Source: an uncultured Gemmatimonadaceae bacterium
Lineage (GTDB): Bacteria > Gemmatimonadota > Gemmatimonadetes > Gemmatimonadales > Gemmatimonadaceae
Direction of reading: 5' to 3'
Assembly (NCBI GenBank): GCA_963716745.1
Contig: OY970320.1
Coordinates: 1,568,001 to 1,632,000 of the forward strand
Length of the DNA stretch: 64,000 nt
Under the pieces are notes generated by a model. The model did no database searches. It saw only the letters and a program-made list of their open reading frames with translations, and was not told where the DNA came from. Within the stretch, counting starts at the first letter, position 1. Each line of letters begins with the position of its first letter. This document shows, in pieces, positions 25,983 to 34,448 of the stretch. Made by a program: the position numbers and the translations under genes.

Positions 25983-26099
25983 ACCGGGAACCGATTACCG
26001 GGAACCGGTATGGCATGACAACGCATCGTGAACCAGCCGAGCGACGCCGTATACCATGTGTTGTCATGCTTCACCGGTTCCCGGTAACCGGTTCCCGGC
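25983..26099. repeat. ACCGGGA-type inverted-repeat element
   Basis: accgggaaccgattaccgggaaccggt..gcatgacaac / gttgtcatgc..accggttcccggtaaccggttcccgg. Confidence 0.85.
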
Positions 26100-27275
26100 G
26101 GTTTGTGGTCTGAACAAGAACGCGAATACGAGCAGGATCGCGAACGCCCCGAGCGACGGCACCATCCATATCGCGTGCCAATCGTGTCCGTCGGCCGTGC
26201 GGTATGCGTCCACCACTGCGCCCGATGCCAGGGCGCCGATGAAGAGGCCCACGCCCTGCGTGATGAAGGCGAGGAATCCCTGCGCGGCGGCGCGCACGGC
26301 GACGCCGGCGCGCTGGTCAACGTATATCTGTCCCGTCACGAAGAAGAAATCGTAGCACACGCCGTGCAATAGGATGCCGGCGTACAGCATCCACATGAGC
26401 GAGCCCGCGTTCCCCTGCGCGAAGAAAAAGTAGCGCAGCGCCCAGGCCGCCATGCCGAGCAGCAGAATTCGCTTCACGCCCACGCGCATCAAGAACCAGG
26501 GCAAGAGCAGCATGAATACGAACTCAGAGCCCTGGCCCCACGTCATCGCCGACGCGGGCTCGGCGAGATGGATCTCGTTCAGGTATAGATTCGTGAAGGC
26601 GTAATAGAATTGCAGCGGAATGCATAACAGCAGCGAGCCGATCGCGAACGTCGCGAAGGAGCGGTCCTTCATGAGCGAGAGCGCGTCGAGCCCAAGCACG
26701 TCGCGGGTGGAGATCTTCTTGCCCGCGGCGTGGGGCGGCGTGTGCGGCAGCGCGAGCGAGAAGACGCCGAGCAACATCAATGCGCCGGCCGCGATCTGCA
26801 TTGGTACGGCCGTAGCCTCAAGGCCGAGATGGCCGATCGCGCGCCCCGCCACGATCCAGCCGATCGTCCCGAGCACACGAATGAACGGGAAGTCGCGCTG
26901 CGGGTCGCCGATATGGTCGAAGGAGATGGAATTCGAGAGTGCGAGCGTGGGCATGTAGCAGAGCGCGTACGCGATGATGAGCGGGTAGAACGTCGCGAAG
27001 GTGCCCGCGCGTGACGCGAGCCAGAGCAGCACGCCGCCAATGAGATGCAGGATTGCGAGGAGCTTCTCGCTCGCGAAGAAGCGGTCGGCGAACATGCCCA
27101 CGAAGAAGGGGGAGATCATCGCCGCGATCGCGGTGGCGCCGTACGCGAGACCGATCTCGGCGCCGCTGAACTTGAGCGTCGTGCCGAGGTACGTGCCCAT
27201 CGTGACGAACCATGCTCCCCAAATGAAATACTGGAGGAACATCATCGCGGAGAGACGCGTGCGCACGAGTGTCAT
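26064..27275 (-). CDS. Nucleoside:H+ symporter family MFS permease
   Basis: [42 protein letters not shown]. Confidence 0.92.
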   Translation of the reverse strand: MTLVRTRLSAMMFLQYFIWGAWFVTMGTYLGTTLKFSGAEIGLAYGATAIAAMISPFFVGMFADRFFASEKLLAILHLIGGVLLWLASRAGTFATFYPLIIAYALCYMPTLALSNSISFDHIGDPQRDFPFIRVLGTIGWIVAGRAIGHLGLEATAVPMQIAAGALMLLGVFSLALPHTPPHAAGKKISTRDVLGLDALSLMKDRSFATFAIGSLLLCIPLQFYYAFTNLYLNEIHLAEPASAMTWGQGSEFVFMLLLPWFLMRVGVKRILLLGMAAWALRYFFFAQGNAGSLMWMLYAGILLHGVCYDFFFVTGQIYVDQRAGVAVRAAAQGFLAFITQGVGLFIGALASGAVVDAYRTADGHDWHAIWMVPSLGAFAILLVFAFLFRPQTAGNRLPGTGEA

Positions 27276-27646
27276 CAGTTGTATTTCACGCCGGCCGAGT
27301 GGGAGAACAGCACATAGAAGAGAGCCAGCAATGCGCCGACGACGAGCACCGTGATGGTGGTCTTCTCGACCGAGAGGTTCTTCACCAGCACCGAGTCGAC
27401 GTCGGCCGTCGCGGCGATCACCTGCCCTTTCGTCCCGACGGCGTAGATCGTGTCGTGATTGACGGTCATGCCGTCATGCGTGAACTCGATCCGTTCGCCG
27501 TTGTGCATCACGAGACCCACGACATGCGCGGCATTCATCTGCGGCTGCAGTGGCTCGGGGTGGATCACGTAGCATGCGGTGATCTGTGGAGCGAGCAGGA
27601 CCACCAACGCCGTTCTCGCCAGCGCGCTCCGGAAGAACCGTCGCAT
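27275..27646 (-). CDS. Small hypothetical lipoprotein
   Basis: GGAGG RBS, ITAC lipobox, C-terminal hydrophobic segment. Confidence 0.6.
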   Translation of the reverse strand: MRRFFRSALARTALVVLLAPQITACYVIHPEPLQPQMNAAHVVGLVMHNGERIEFTHDGMTVNHDTIYAVGTKGQVIAATADVDSVLVKNLSVEKTTITVLVVGALLALFYVLFSHSAGVKYN

Positions 27647-27774
27647 CGTACCTCCGTGGTTGGCGCTGACGATACGCGCGACGGAGTGCGTGCGCTAGCG
27701 GCCTCGCGCGCACCCAAGTTAGGGAATTCTCATTGCGTCGCGCGCGGCTTGCCGGTGCACTAAGTTCAGCGTTC

Positions 27775-28341
27775 ATGAACGCCGACCTGCAGGTCACGCT
27801 GTTGAACTCAATGAGCACGATCGCCGAGACTCTCGCGGGTGCGATGGGTCTCTTGGGCGCGATCGTGCTCTTCGCGTTGCAGGCGACGGCGCGCAGCATC
27901 GAGCGTGCGGCGGAGAGTCTCACCGAAGTGCCGCAGCAATCAATGACGCCGCTGTATCTGAGCCACCTGCTCACGCGCCGGAGCTATCACGAGCTGGCAC
28001 GCGCGTACGGATCGCTGCTCTCGAACCTGAGCAGCGAGACGAACTCGAGCATGCTGCTGCACTATTCGGCGTTGTGCTGGGAATTGGACCACGATCACGC
28101 GCTGCGGCGGAGTTTCTGGATGTCGCTGCGCGCGACCGGCGCGGTGGTGGCGTTCGCTATCGTCTGCGGCGCCGTCGCCCCTCAACTAGCGGCGCGTCCT
28201 GACGTCGGCGACCTTGCGCTCGCGGGCGCGGTACTCGGCGCCATCAGTTGCTTGTTGCTCTATGGGATCCTGCTGAACGTCATGCTGCGGTCTTCGCCGC
28301 AGGAACCGATCCCGACGGCCACGACGAGCGACGAGCAATAG
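27775..28341 (+). CDS. Hypothetical membrane protein
   Basis: Three hydrophobic segments. Confidence 0.55.
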   Translation: MNADLQVTLLNSMSTIAETLAGAMGLLGAIVLFALQATARSIERAAESLTEVPQQSMTPLYLSHLLTRRSYHELARAYGSLLSNLSSETNSSMLLHYSALCWELDHDHALRRSFWMSLRATGAVVAFAIVCGAVAPQLAARPDVGDLALAGAVLGAISCLLLYGILLNVMLRSSPQEPIPTATTSDEQ

Positions 28342-28488
28342 ATTCGGCCGTCTTGACCGAATTCTCCTAACGGAACGCTGGCGCGACAATAAGGTCGTAT
28401 TGCGCCGTTCGTCCGGCGACGCCCAACTATGGGGCAGAGATCGTCCCGATCTCCGACACGCGCAGTCCTTCACCCCAGGAGGCCGTGT

Positions 28489-30054
28489 ATGAATCCCCAT
28501 CCATCGCGCGCTCCCAAGCTCGCACTCGTATTCGTGATCGCGTTCGCCGCGATCGCACAAACATGCCCGCCCGGCAGCGGCGGCGGCACGCCGCCACCTC
28601 CGGCGGTGACACCGATCGCGGTGGCCCCCGATCCATCCGATCCGGCGCCGACGCCGGCGCCCGCTGGAGCGCCGTTCATGTACACGCAGGTGCTCAAGTT
28701 CAAGATCCCCACGGGCACGATCTTCGAGGTCGCGGAGGAAGGCTGGCTTCTTCCTTCGAGCGGCACCGCCAACTGTGGCGACGATGGATGCTACACCGTG
28801 CTCTCGAGCGTGAACAATGGCGCGGGATCCACGACGTACGTGATCCAGGCGTGGCCGCAGGCGTACAAGCGATTCGCGAATCAGCTCGAATACGAGATCA
28901 CCAATGTCTCGGTGAATTCGGGATTCACTGGTGCGCAGCTGGCGAGCCCGGCCTATCGACAGATCATTCTCGCCGCTGTGCCGCCCGGGCTCGGCGGTAC
29001 GCCGCTTCCGTCTGGCGTACATGGTACGCCCGAGTGGGCGGCGAACAATGAACAGATCCCGTTGGCGTTCATCACCATCGGATTGAGCACCCTCCAGGAT
29101 GCGCAGGCGTACTACGCCGCGACCGGCGCCCCCGGCGACTTCACCACCTGGAAGACCAACAACGGATTCGCCGCGAACAATGACAGTAAAGACAATGCGA
29201 AGGCGTACTACTTCAACGCCGGTGACCTGGCGTTCGGGCGTAGCATGCACATGAAGCTCGGGCCCAACGGGATCGCGTACTACGTGTCGAACTATCCGAC
29301 CGTCAACAATGCGATCCGCAATACCAATCTCATTGCGACCGTCGCGATGGAGTACACGCCGGGGCCGAACGGTGCGGCGACATTCATGAAGTTCGCGGTC
29401 TATAAGTTCAATGGCACGCGTCAATTCTCCGCCGACCTGGATGGCAACGGACAGAAGTACGTGCCGAACCTGTGCATCATCTGCCACGGCCTGCGCAAAT
29501 ATCCCGGCACGGGTTCCGCCAATGTCGGCGCGCGATTCCTGCCGTTCGATCTCTCCAATTTCCAGTACGATCAGACGATCGGCCGCAACAGCCAGGAGGC
29601 GGCGTTCAAGCAACTGAATCTCGGCATGCTGCAGCACAGCAATCCGTCGGTGGCCATGACCGCGCTGATCAACGCATGGTACAACGATCCCTCGCAGGCG
29701 TCGCCGAATACCGCGACCGCTACCCAGAACAATGCCGCGGTGCCGGCGGACTGGACCGGCGGCACGCAGGCGCAAACGGACATGTATCTGAGAGTGGTGA
29801 AGCCGTCGTGCCGTTCTTGTCACATCACCCGCAATGGTGCGCTCGCTTTCGGGAAGCTGACCGATTTCACCTTGAACAACACGTACGGTTCGCTGTCCAA
29901 GCAGCGCGTGTGCTCCGACCTCTACATGCCGAACGCGAAGGTCACGTACGTGCGTTTCTGGTTGACGCACCTGCAGCAGTACGGCGATCCGGCCGGCGTG
30001 ATGAAGGCCGCGGGGCTGAACACGTGGAATGCGCAAACGGCGTGTCCCTCGTAG
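28489..30054 (+). CDS. Secreted diheme c-type cytochrome-like protein of unknown family
   Basis: AGGAGG RBS, signal peptide, CIICH (29473-87) and CRSCH (29809-23). Confidence 0.7.
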   Translation: MNPHPSRAPKLALVFVIAFAAIAQTCPPGSGGGTPPPPAVTPIAVAPDPSDPAPTPAPAGAPFMYTQVLKFKIPTGTIFEVAEEGWLLPSSGTANCGDDGCYTVLSSVNNGAGSTTYVIQAWPQAYKRFANQLEYEITNVSVNSGFTGAQLASPAYRQIILAAVPPGLGGTPLPSGVHGTPEWAANNEQIPLAFITIGLSTLQDAQAYYAATGAPGDFTTWKTNNGFAANNDSKDNAKAYYFNAGDLAFGRSMHMKLGPNGIAYYVSNYPTVNNAIRNTNLIATVAMEYTPGPNGAATFMKFAVYKFNGTRQFSADLDGNGQKYVPNLCIICHGLRKYPGTGSANVGARFLPFDLSNFQYDQTIGRNSQEAAFKQLNLGMLQHSNPSVAMTALINAWYNDPSQASPNTATATQNNAAVPADWTGGTQAQTDMYLRVVKPSCRSCHITRNGALAFGKLTDFTLNNTYGSLSKQRVCSDLYMPNAKVTYVRFWLTHLQQYGDPAGVMKAAGLNTWNAQTACPS

Positions 30055-30077
30055 CGGTGCGTGCCGGAGAAGATGCA

Positions 30078-30114
30078 CGAGCGGCCCGCCGGGATCTCTC
30101 CGGCGGGCCGCTCG
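30078..30114. terminator. GC-rich hairpin after cytochrome gene
   Basis: cgagcggcccgccgg / ccggcgggccgctcg; no U-tract. Confidence 0.45.
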
Positions 30115-30213
30115 CGCATCGGTATCTCGACCTTGCCGAGCCGGCCGGTGTAGCTTATTTCGGAGTTCGTGCATCGCGCGGGTCGCAAGTCTCACGAACG
30201 AGCGTACGTCAGC

Positions 30214-31482
30214 ATGACCAATCGTCTGAAGTCGCAGGCCATCGTAGCGCTGATCCTCGCGACGGCCGCGTGCAACGAGAGCTCGACCGCCGCGCCATTG
30301 CCGCCGACGTCCAGCAGGCCCCTCGGCACGCTGATCGGAACGGTGTCGGGCGATTCCTTCACGGCCACGTTCGTTCCGGCGTCGCCGGGCCTCACCTCGC
30401 CAAGCGGCATCAGCCCCGCGATCTACGGCGGCCCGAGCACCGCGCATGTCTTCGGCACCAATACCAGGTTCACGACCACGCCGCTCGGTCGCACATGGAC
30501 GTTCAGCGTGGCGATGGAGAATCTGCTGTCGTACGCCATCGGCTCGAATTACACGGGCGCGCTCCCCTTCGACACAGGAGGCGTGTTCATCTTTTTCACC
30601 ACCTTGCCCACGGTCACATCGCCGGTCCCGTGCAGCGGGTGCAAGGTGAGTCTCACCAACGCCATGGGAGCGCGGAATTTCACCGCGCCCGCGCAGCCGT
30701 ATTTCTGGTACCACAATCGGCCCACCGCGAGACAGAGCCCGCTCGGGTCGGATACGACATCGGATCTGAGCTGGACGTTCAAGACCGCGTCGTTCATCCC
30801 GCCCGACACGGTGCATTCCTTCACTTTCTCGCTCCAGGTGAGCGCCATGTGGCCTCCCCCGAACGAGAGCACGTGGCAGGTGAGCTACGACGGCACCGCC
30901 GACTCGGTGCCCGACACGAGAGCGGAGCCGCTTTGGCGGAAATTCAGCTTCCTGCAGAGCGTCGGAGCGGAGTCGTGGTCTTCGGCGGGGTTGCAGCTCA
31001 CCGCGCGGAATGCGCGCAACTCCATTTATTTCTCGCGGCGCGATTCGCTGGGCAACATGTCCGCCTACATGGACGTCAGGGCGAGCGTCGATCAAGGAAA
31101 CATCATCGTTCCCGCCGCGCTGTTCGGATTCGCCGAGCCGCTCGGGGGAAAGACGGCGGTTGTCGCGGTCACCGCCACTCGCGCCGAGTTCGCGGTGATC
31201 GACAATTCCACGGGAGTGTGGAGCCAGCTTGCGGGCTCGGGCACGACGAACGTCGTCGGCACCAACACCTACCGCCTGCGAAAGTTCGCGAAGGACTCGG
31301 TCGTGCTCTGCGTGGGCGGTGCTCGCGCGCTCTCAATGCCATACTCTTCGCTTCCCGGAACGGTCACGGTGCTCTTGCCCCTCAGTTCGTTGTTCGGCCT
31401 GCAAGGCACACAGGCCAGAGCGATCGCGACCTACCGTCTCGTGAACTACACCATTGGCAGCGACGGCGGCGGATGCAGCTGA
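30214..31482 (+). CDS. Hypothetical beta-rich lipoprotein
   Basis: Lipobox TAAC, Ser/Thr-rich. Confidence 0.65.
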   Translation: MTNRLKSQAIVALILATAACNESSTAAPLPPTSSRPLGTLIGTVSGDSFTATFVPASPGLTSPSGISPAIYGGPSTAHVFGTNTRFTTTPLGRTWTFSVAMENLLSYAIGSNYTGALPFDTGGVFIFFTTLPTVTSPVPCSGCKVSLTNAMGARNFTAPAQPYFWYHNRPTARQSPLGSDTTSDLSWTFKTASFIPPDTVHSFTFSLQVSAMWPPPNESTWQVSYDGTADSVPDTRAEPLWRKFSFLQSVGAESWSSAGLQLTARNARNSIYFSRRDSLGNMSAYMDVRASVDQGNIIVPAALFGFAEPLGGKTAVVAVTATRAEFAVIDNSTGVWSQLAGSGTTNVVGTNTYRLRKFAKDSVVLCVGGARALSMPYSSLPGTVTVLLPLSSLFGLQGTQARAIATYRLVNYTIGSDGGGCS

Positions 31483-31498
31483 GTGCCGCGGACGCCCT

Positions 31499-31960
31499 TC
31501 ATCGCACAAAGCGTTTGAGTTCGATGTGCCCTCCCCACTGCGTGAACGGACACGACGCCGCGATCCGCGCCGCGTCGGCATCGTCCGCCGCCCGAATGAT
31601 GAACATCCCGCCGAGCGGCCCCGGCCCACTGAGCCGGCCCGCGCGTTCGAACTTCCCCATCGTATCGAGACTGTCGGCCCAGTGCGCGAGCACTGCCACA
31701 CGTTCCGCGCCATGCCCCGCGGGCGCAGGGCGGTACGTCGAGTCTTCATAGAGCAGCACCACGTACGTTTGGCCGGGCGCGAGCGTACGCGCCGGACGGA
31801 CCAGCGTCACGCCAAAGGCCAAGACGATCACCGCGGCGGCCGCCGCCACCCACACCGGCCACACACGCCGGCGGCGCACGAGCCCCGCCGCGACGAGCGT
31901 CGACACGACGCGCTCTTCCAGCGCCGGGTCCGGCTGTGTTTCTCGTGGAAGATTCGTCAT
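31499..31960 (-). CDS. Putative anti-sigma factor with YciI-like C-terminal domain
   Basis: LEERVV, one TM, LGGMFIIRAADDADAARIAASCP...GGHIELK; ATGA-coupled to sigma. Confidence 0.7.
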   Translation of the reverse strand: MTNLPRETQPDPALEERVVSTLVAAGLVRRRRVWPVWVAAAAAVIVLAFGVTLVRPARTLAPGQTYVVLLYEDSTYRPAPAGHGAERVAVLAHWADSLDTMGKFERAGRLSGPGPLGGMFIIRAADDADAARIAASCPFTQWGGHIELKRFVR

Positions 31961-32463
31961 GGGAGCGAACTCCGGAGCAGGGATCGCGCGCGATTGAGCT
32001 GACTCTTCGACGTGCCCTCCACGATGCCCATCAACTCGGCGATCTCGCAATGCGTGTACCCGTGAACATCGTGAAGGACGTACACGTCGCGCGCGCCCTC
32101 CGGGAGCGCAGCGATCGCGCGCTCGAGATCGATCGCGTCTTCGGGGCCGGTCGTGTCCGCCATCGGCTCGACGTCCGGCGCGTCGACCACGCGCCAGTCG
32201 GCGCGGATGCGTCCGCGACGCACATTCACCAGCACGCCGCACAACCACGAGCGCAGCGCCGACTGCGCGCGAAACGTACGCAAGGCCGTCAGTGCGCGGA
32301 CCCAGCTCTCCTGCACGAGGTCCTCCGCTTCGCCTCGATCGCCGCCCGTGAGGCGCAGAGCCAGCGCGTACAGCGCCGGCGTGTGCGCGCGATACAGCAC
32401 GCGAAACGCATCCTCGCCGCGCCCGCGAAGGAACCGCTCGACGAGTGCGAGGTCGTCCGTCAC
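31957..32463 (-). CDS. ECF RNA polymerase sigma factor
   Basis: AEDLVQESW, LHDVHGYTHCEIAELMGIVEGTSKSQLNRAR. Confidence 0.92.
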   Translation of the reverse strand: MTDDLALVERFLRGRGEDAFRVLYRAHTPALYALALRLTGGDRGEAEDLVQESWVRALTALRTFRAQSALRSWLCGVLVNVRRGRIRADWRVVDAPDVEPMADTTGPEDAIDLERAIAALPEGARDVYVLHDVHGYTHCEIAELMGIVEGTSKSQLNRARSLLRSSLP

Positions 32464-33092
32464 TGACTCTTGATGGGGTCCACCCAATCGCGCATGACAA
32501 TGACGAGCCCCGACAGCGGCGTCCCCTCCAGCACGACGCCCGGCACGTCCGCGCTCTTCGACCCGGCGATCCCCATCGAGCTGTTCTTCATTGAGGGATA
32601 GAAGATCATGAGGTGTGGCATGAAATGAGACCGACGCTTCCCGGTCGAGTCGGTGAGCACCTGCGACGACGATTCCATATACACCAGAGCGGGCCGCTGC
32701 GGTACATGGAACCGGCCCGAGGCGATCCCGTCATTGACCTCCGCCTTGATCTCCTCCCGAGTCTTGCCCGCGATACGCTCCTCGGTCCGGAATCGGAAGA
32801 TGGCGAGGATCGTGGTGTCCGCCTCGACGTCGCCGCACTGCGGCTCGAACGATGTCGCGGTATTCCGTGCGACCTCGCAGACGACACTCGACGTCCCCGG
32901 TTCCGCGACGACAAAGTGTCCGTTCGTCAGCACCCACACTTTGGCGTCCTTCGATATGTCCGCCGGCGCGGCGCTCTTCGCGTACCGGATCTCATCCGCG
33001 CGCGACAGGTTCACCGGAGCCGTCGGCGTCGAATCCTGTTGGGCCGCGATCGCGGCTGGAATCAGGAACGACGAAATGATCCATGCACGCAT
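32460..33092 (-). CDS. Secreted hypothetical protein, paralogue of 33297..34007
   Basis: EIRYAKSAAPADISKDA, VCEV, PQC, VYM, PHLMIF; GTGA-coupled to sigma. Confidence 0.7.
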   Translation of the reverse strand: MRAWIISSFLIPAAIAAQQDSTPTAPVNLSRADEIRYAKSAAPADISKDAKVWVLTNGHFVVAEPGTSSVVCEVARNTATSFEPQCGDVEADTTILAIFRFRTEERIAGKTREEIKAEVNDGIASGRFHVPQRPALVYMESSSQVLTDSTGKRRSHFMPHLMIFYPSMKNSSMGIAGSKSADVPGVVLEGTPLSGLVIVMRDWVDPIKSQ

Positions 33093-33296
33093 TGAACACC
33101 GATCGGCGTTGAAGTTGCCAATGAGTAGCGTTCAATGAGTGAATGGTTGGAATTCGACGTCAGTGGCCCGCTGCGACCGCGTGCGAGCGCGAAGGCATTC
33201 CAACCCTTTCCGCATCTGGGAGCACCCATGTCCAAGCGGGTTCGTCGCCGCGAAGGGAGCGCATGAGCGAAGTTCACCTCAAACAGGACACGATCA

Positions 33297-34007
33297 ATGC
33301 TCCGAAACACAGGCAAAGCGATCGGGCGGGGACACGTCGTGTTGGCCGCCGTGTTCGCCGCTGCGTGGATGATCCAGGCGCAGGAGGCAACGGCGCAGGA
33401 CACCAACTCGCCCTATCCCACCATGGCTCCGATCGCGCAATACCGAATGGACCGTGATGCGGAAATAGCGCTGGCACGCACGGCGGCCCCGGCATCGATA
33501 TCACGCGATGCCGAAATCATGATATTGGGCCAGAAGAACTTCGAGATCGCCGTTCACGGCAAGAACGGTTTCGTCTGTGCGGTGGGCAGAGCGTTCGCGG
33601 GGCCATTGAACAACCCGGAGTTTTGGAATCCAAAAAATCGGAGTCCCATTTGCTTCAATCCAGCCGCCGCGCGGTCCCTCTGGCCTTACGCCATGAAACA
33701 GACCGGCATGGCACTGGCTGGCGCCTCAAAAGCCCAGATCACTGAGGCGATCAGGGCCGCGGTCGCCAAGAAAGAGCTGGGGCCCCCGGAGTCGGGATCC
33801 ATGGCCTACATGATGTCCAAGGAGGCGTACCTGACCGATCAGGGAAGCCATAACCTGGCCCACGTGATGTTCGAACTTCCGCGCAACGGCGTGTTGCAGG
33901 ACGACCCGAACTTCTTCGTTTCGTGGGATCCAGCGCCAGTGATCGAGTTCAACGTTCCGGTAGGTCAGTGGTCGGACGGAACACTGGTGGTGGTAAGCAA
34001 GCACTAG
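33297..34007 (+). CDS. Secreted hypothetical protein, paralogue of 32460..33092
   Basis: EIALARTAAPASISRDA, VCAV, PIC, AYM, HVMF. Confidence 0.7.
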   Translation: MLRNTGKAIGRGHVVLAAVFAAAWMIQAQEATAQDTNSPYPTMAPIAQYRMDRDAEIALARTAAPASISRDAEIMILGQKNFEIAVHGKNGFVCAVGRAFAGPLNNPEFWNPKNRSPICFNPAAARSLWPYAMKQTGMALAGASKAQITEAIRAAVAKKELGPPESGSMAYMMSKEAYLTDQGSHNLAHVMFELPRNGVLQDDPNFFVSWDPAPVIEFNVPVGQWSDGTLVVVSKH

Positions 34008-34022
34008 CCATTTTCAGGAAGC

Positions 34023-34053
34023 GAGAGCCCGCGCGAGAGCGCGGGCTTTTTCT
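34023..34053 (+). terminator. Intrinsic terminator
   Basis: agcccgcgc-gaga-gcgcgggct followed by a T run. Confidence 0.75.
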
Positions 34054-34145
34054 TCGCTCGGTGGCCGGGTACCGACCCGGCTGCGGCTCACCCAGGTCAG
34101 TAAACGCACCGGCGCGACGCAGAGAGCTCCGCGTCGCGCCGTCAG

Positions 34146-34218
34146 TTGCCCCTCCTGGGCTCGAACCAGGACTCTCCTGATCCAGAGTCAGGCGTGTTGC
34201 CAGTTACACCAAGGGGCA
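34146..34218 (-). tRNA. tRNA-Gln(CTG)
   Basis: TGCCCCT/AGGGGCA acceptor stem, anticodon arm CCTGA-CTCTGGA-TCAGG, GGTTCGAG T-loop; CCA not encoded. Confidence 0.95.
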
Positions 34219-34448
34219 GAGATCAATTGTGCTCCGGAGTTCCGGAGGGACGCGAAAGTTAGTCGTGGCAAGAAGATGGAGCAAGCCACACAGCAGGGGC
34301 GTGCGTCGTGCGTTCGGAACGTGACGCCGATCACGGGTCGAATAGAGACCGAATGCACGAGGCACGATGAGCGATGCCCGAACAGGTGACGCGCGCCGTC
34401 TGGAAACCCGTCGCTCAGGGAACGTCCAAGCGTACTCTCGAGGCCCCC

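Noticed and set aside
28186..31095. 969-aa minus-strand ORF and similar long antisense ORFs (11910..14084, 37071..39473, 16958..18943)
   Set aside because: Arg/Ala-rich shadow frames opposite well-supported genes in high-GC DNA
27650..34146. Integrative island at the tRNA-Gln 3' end
   Set aside because: Accessory-looking genes, but no integrase and no duplicated tRNA 3' end found
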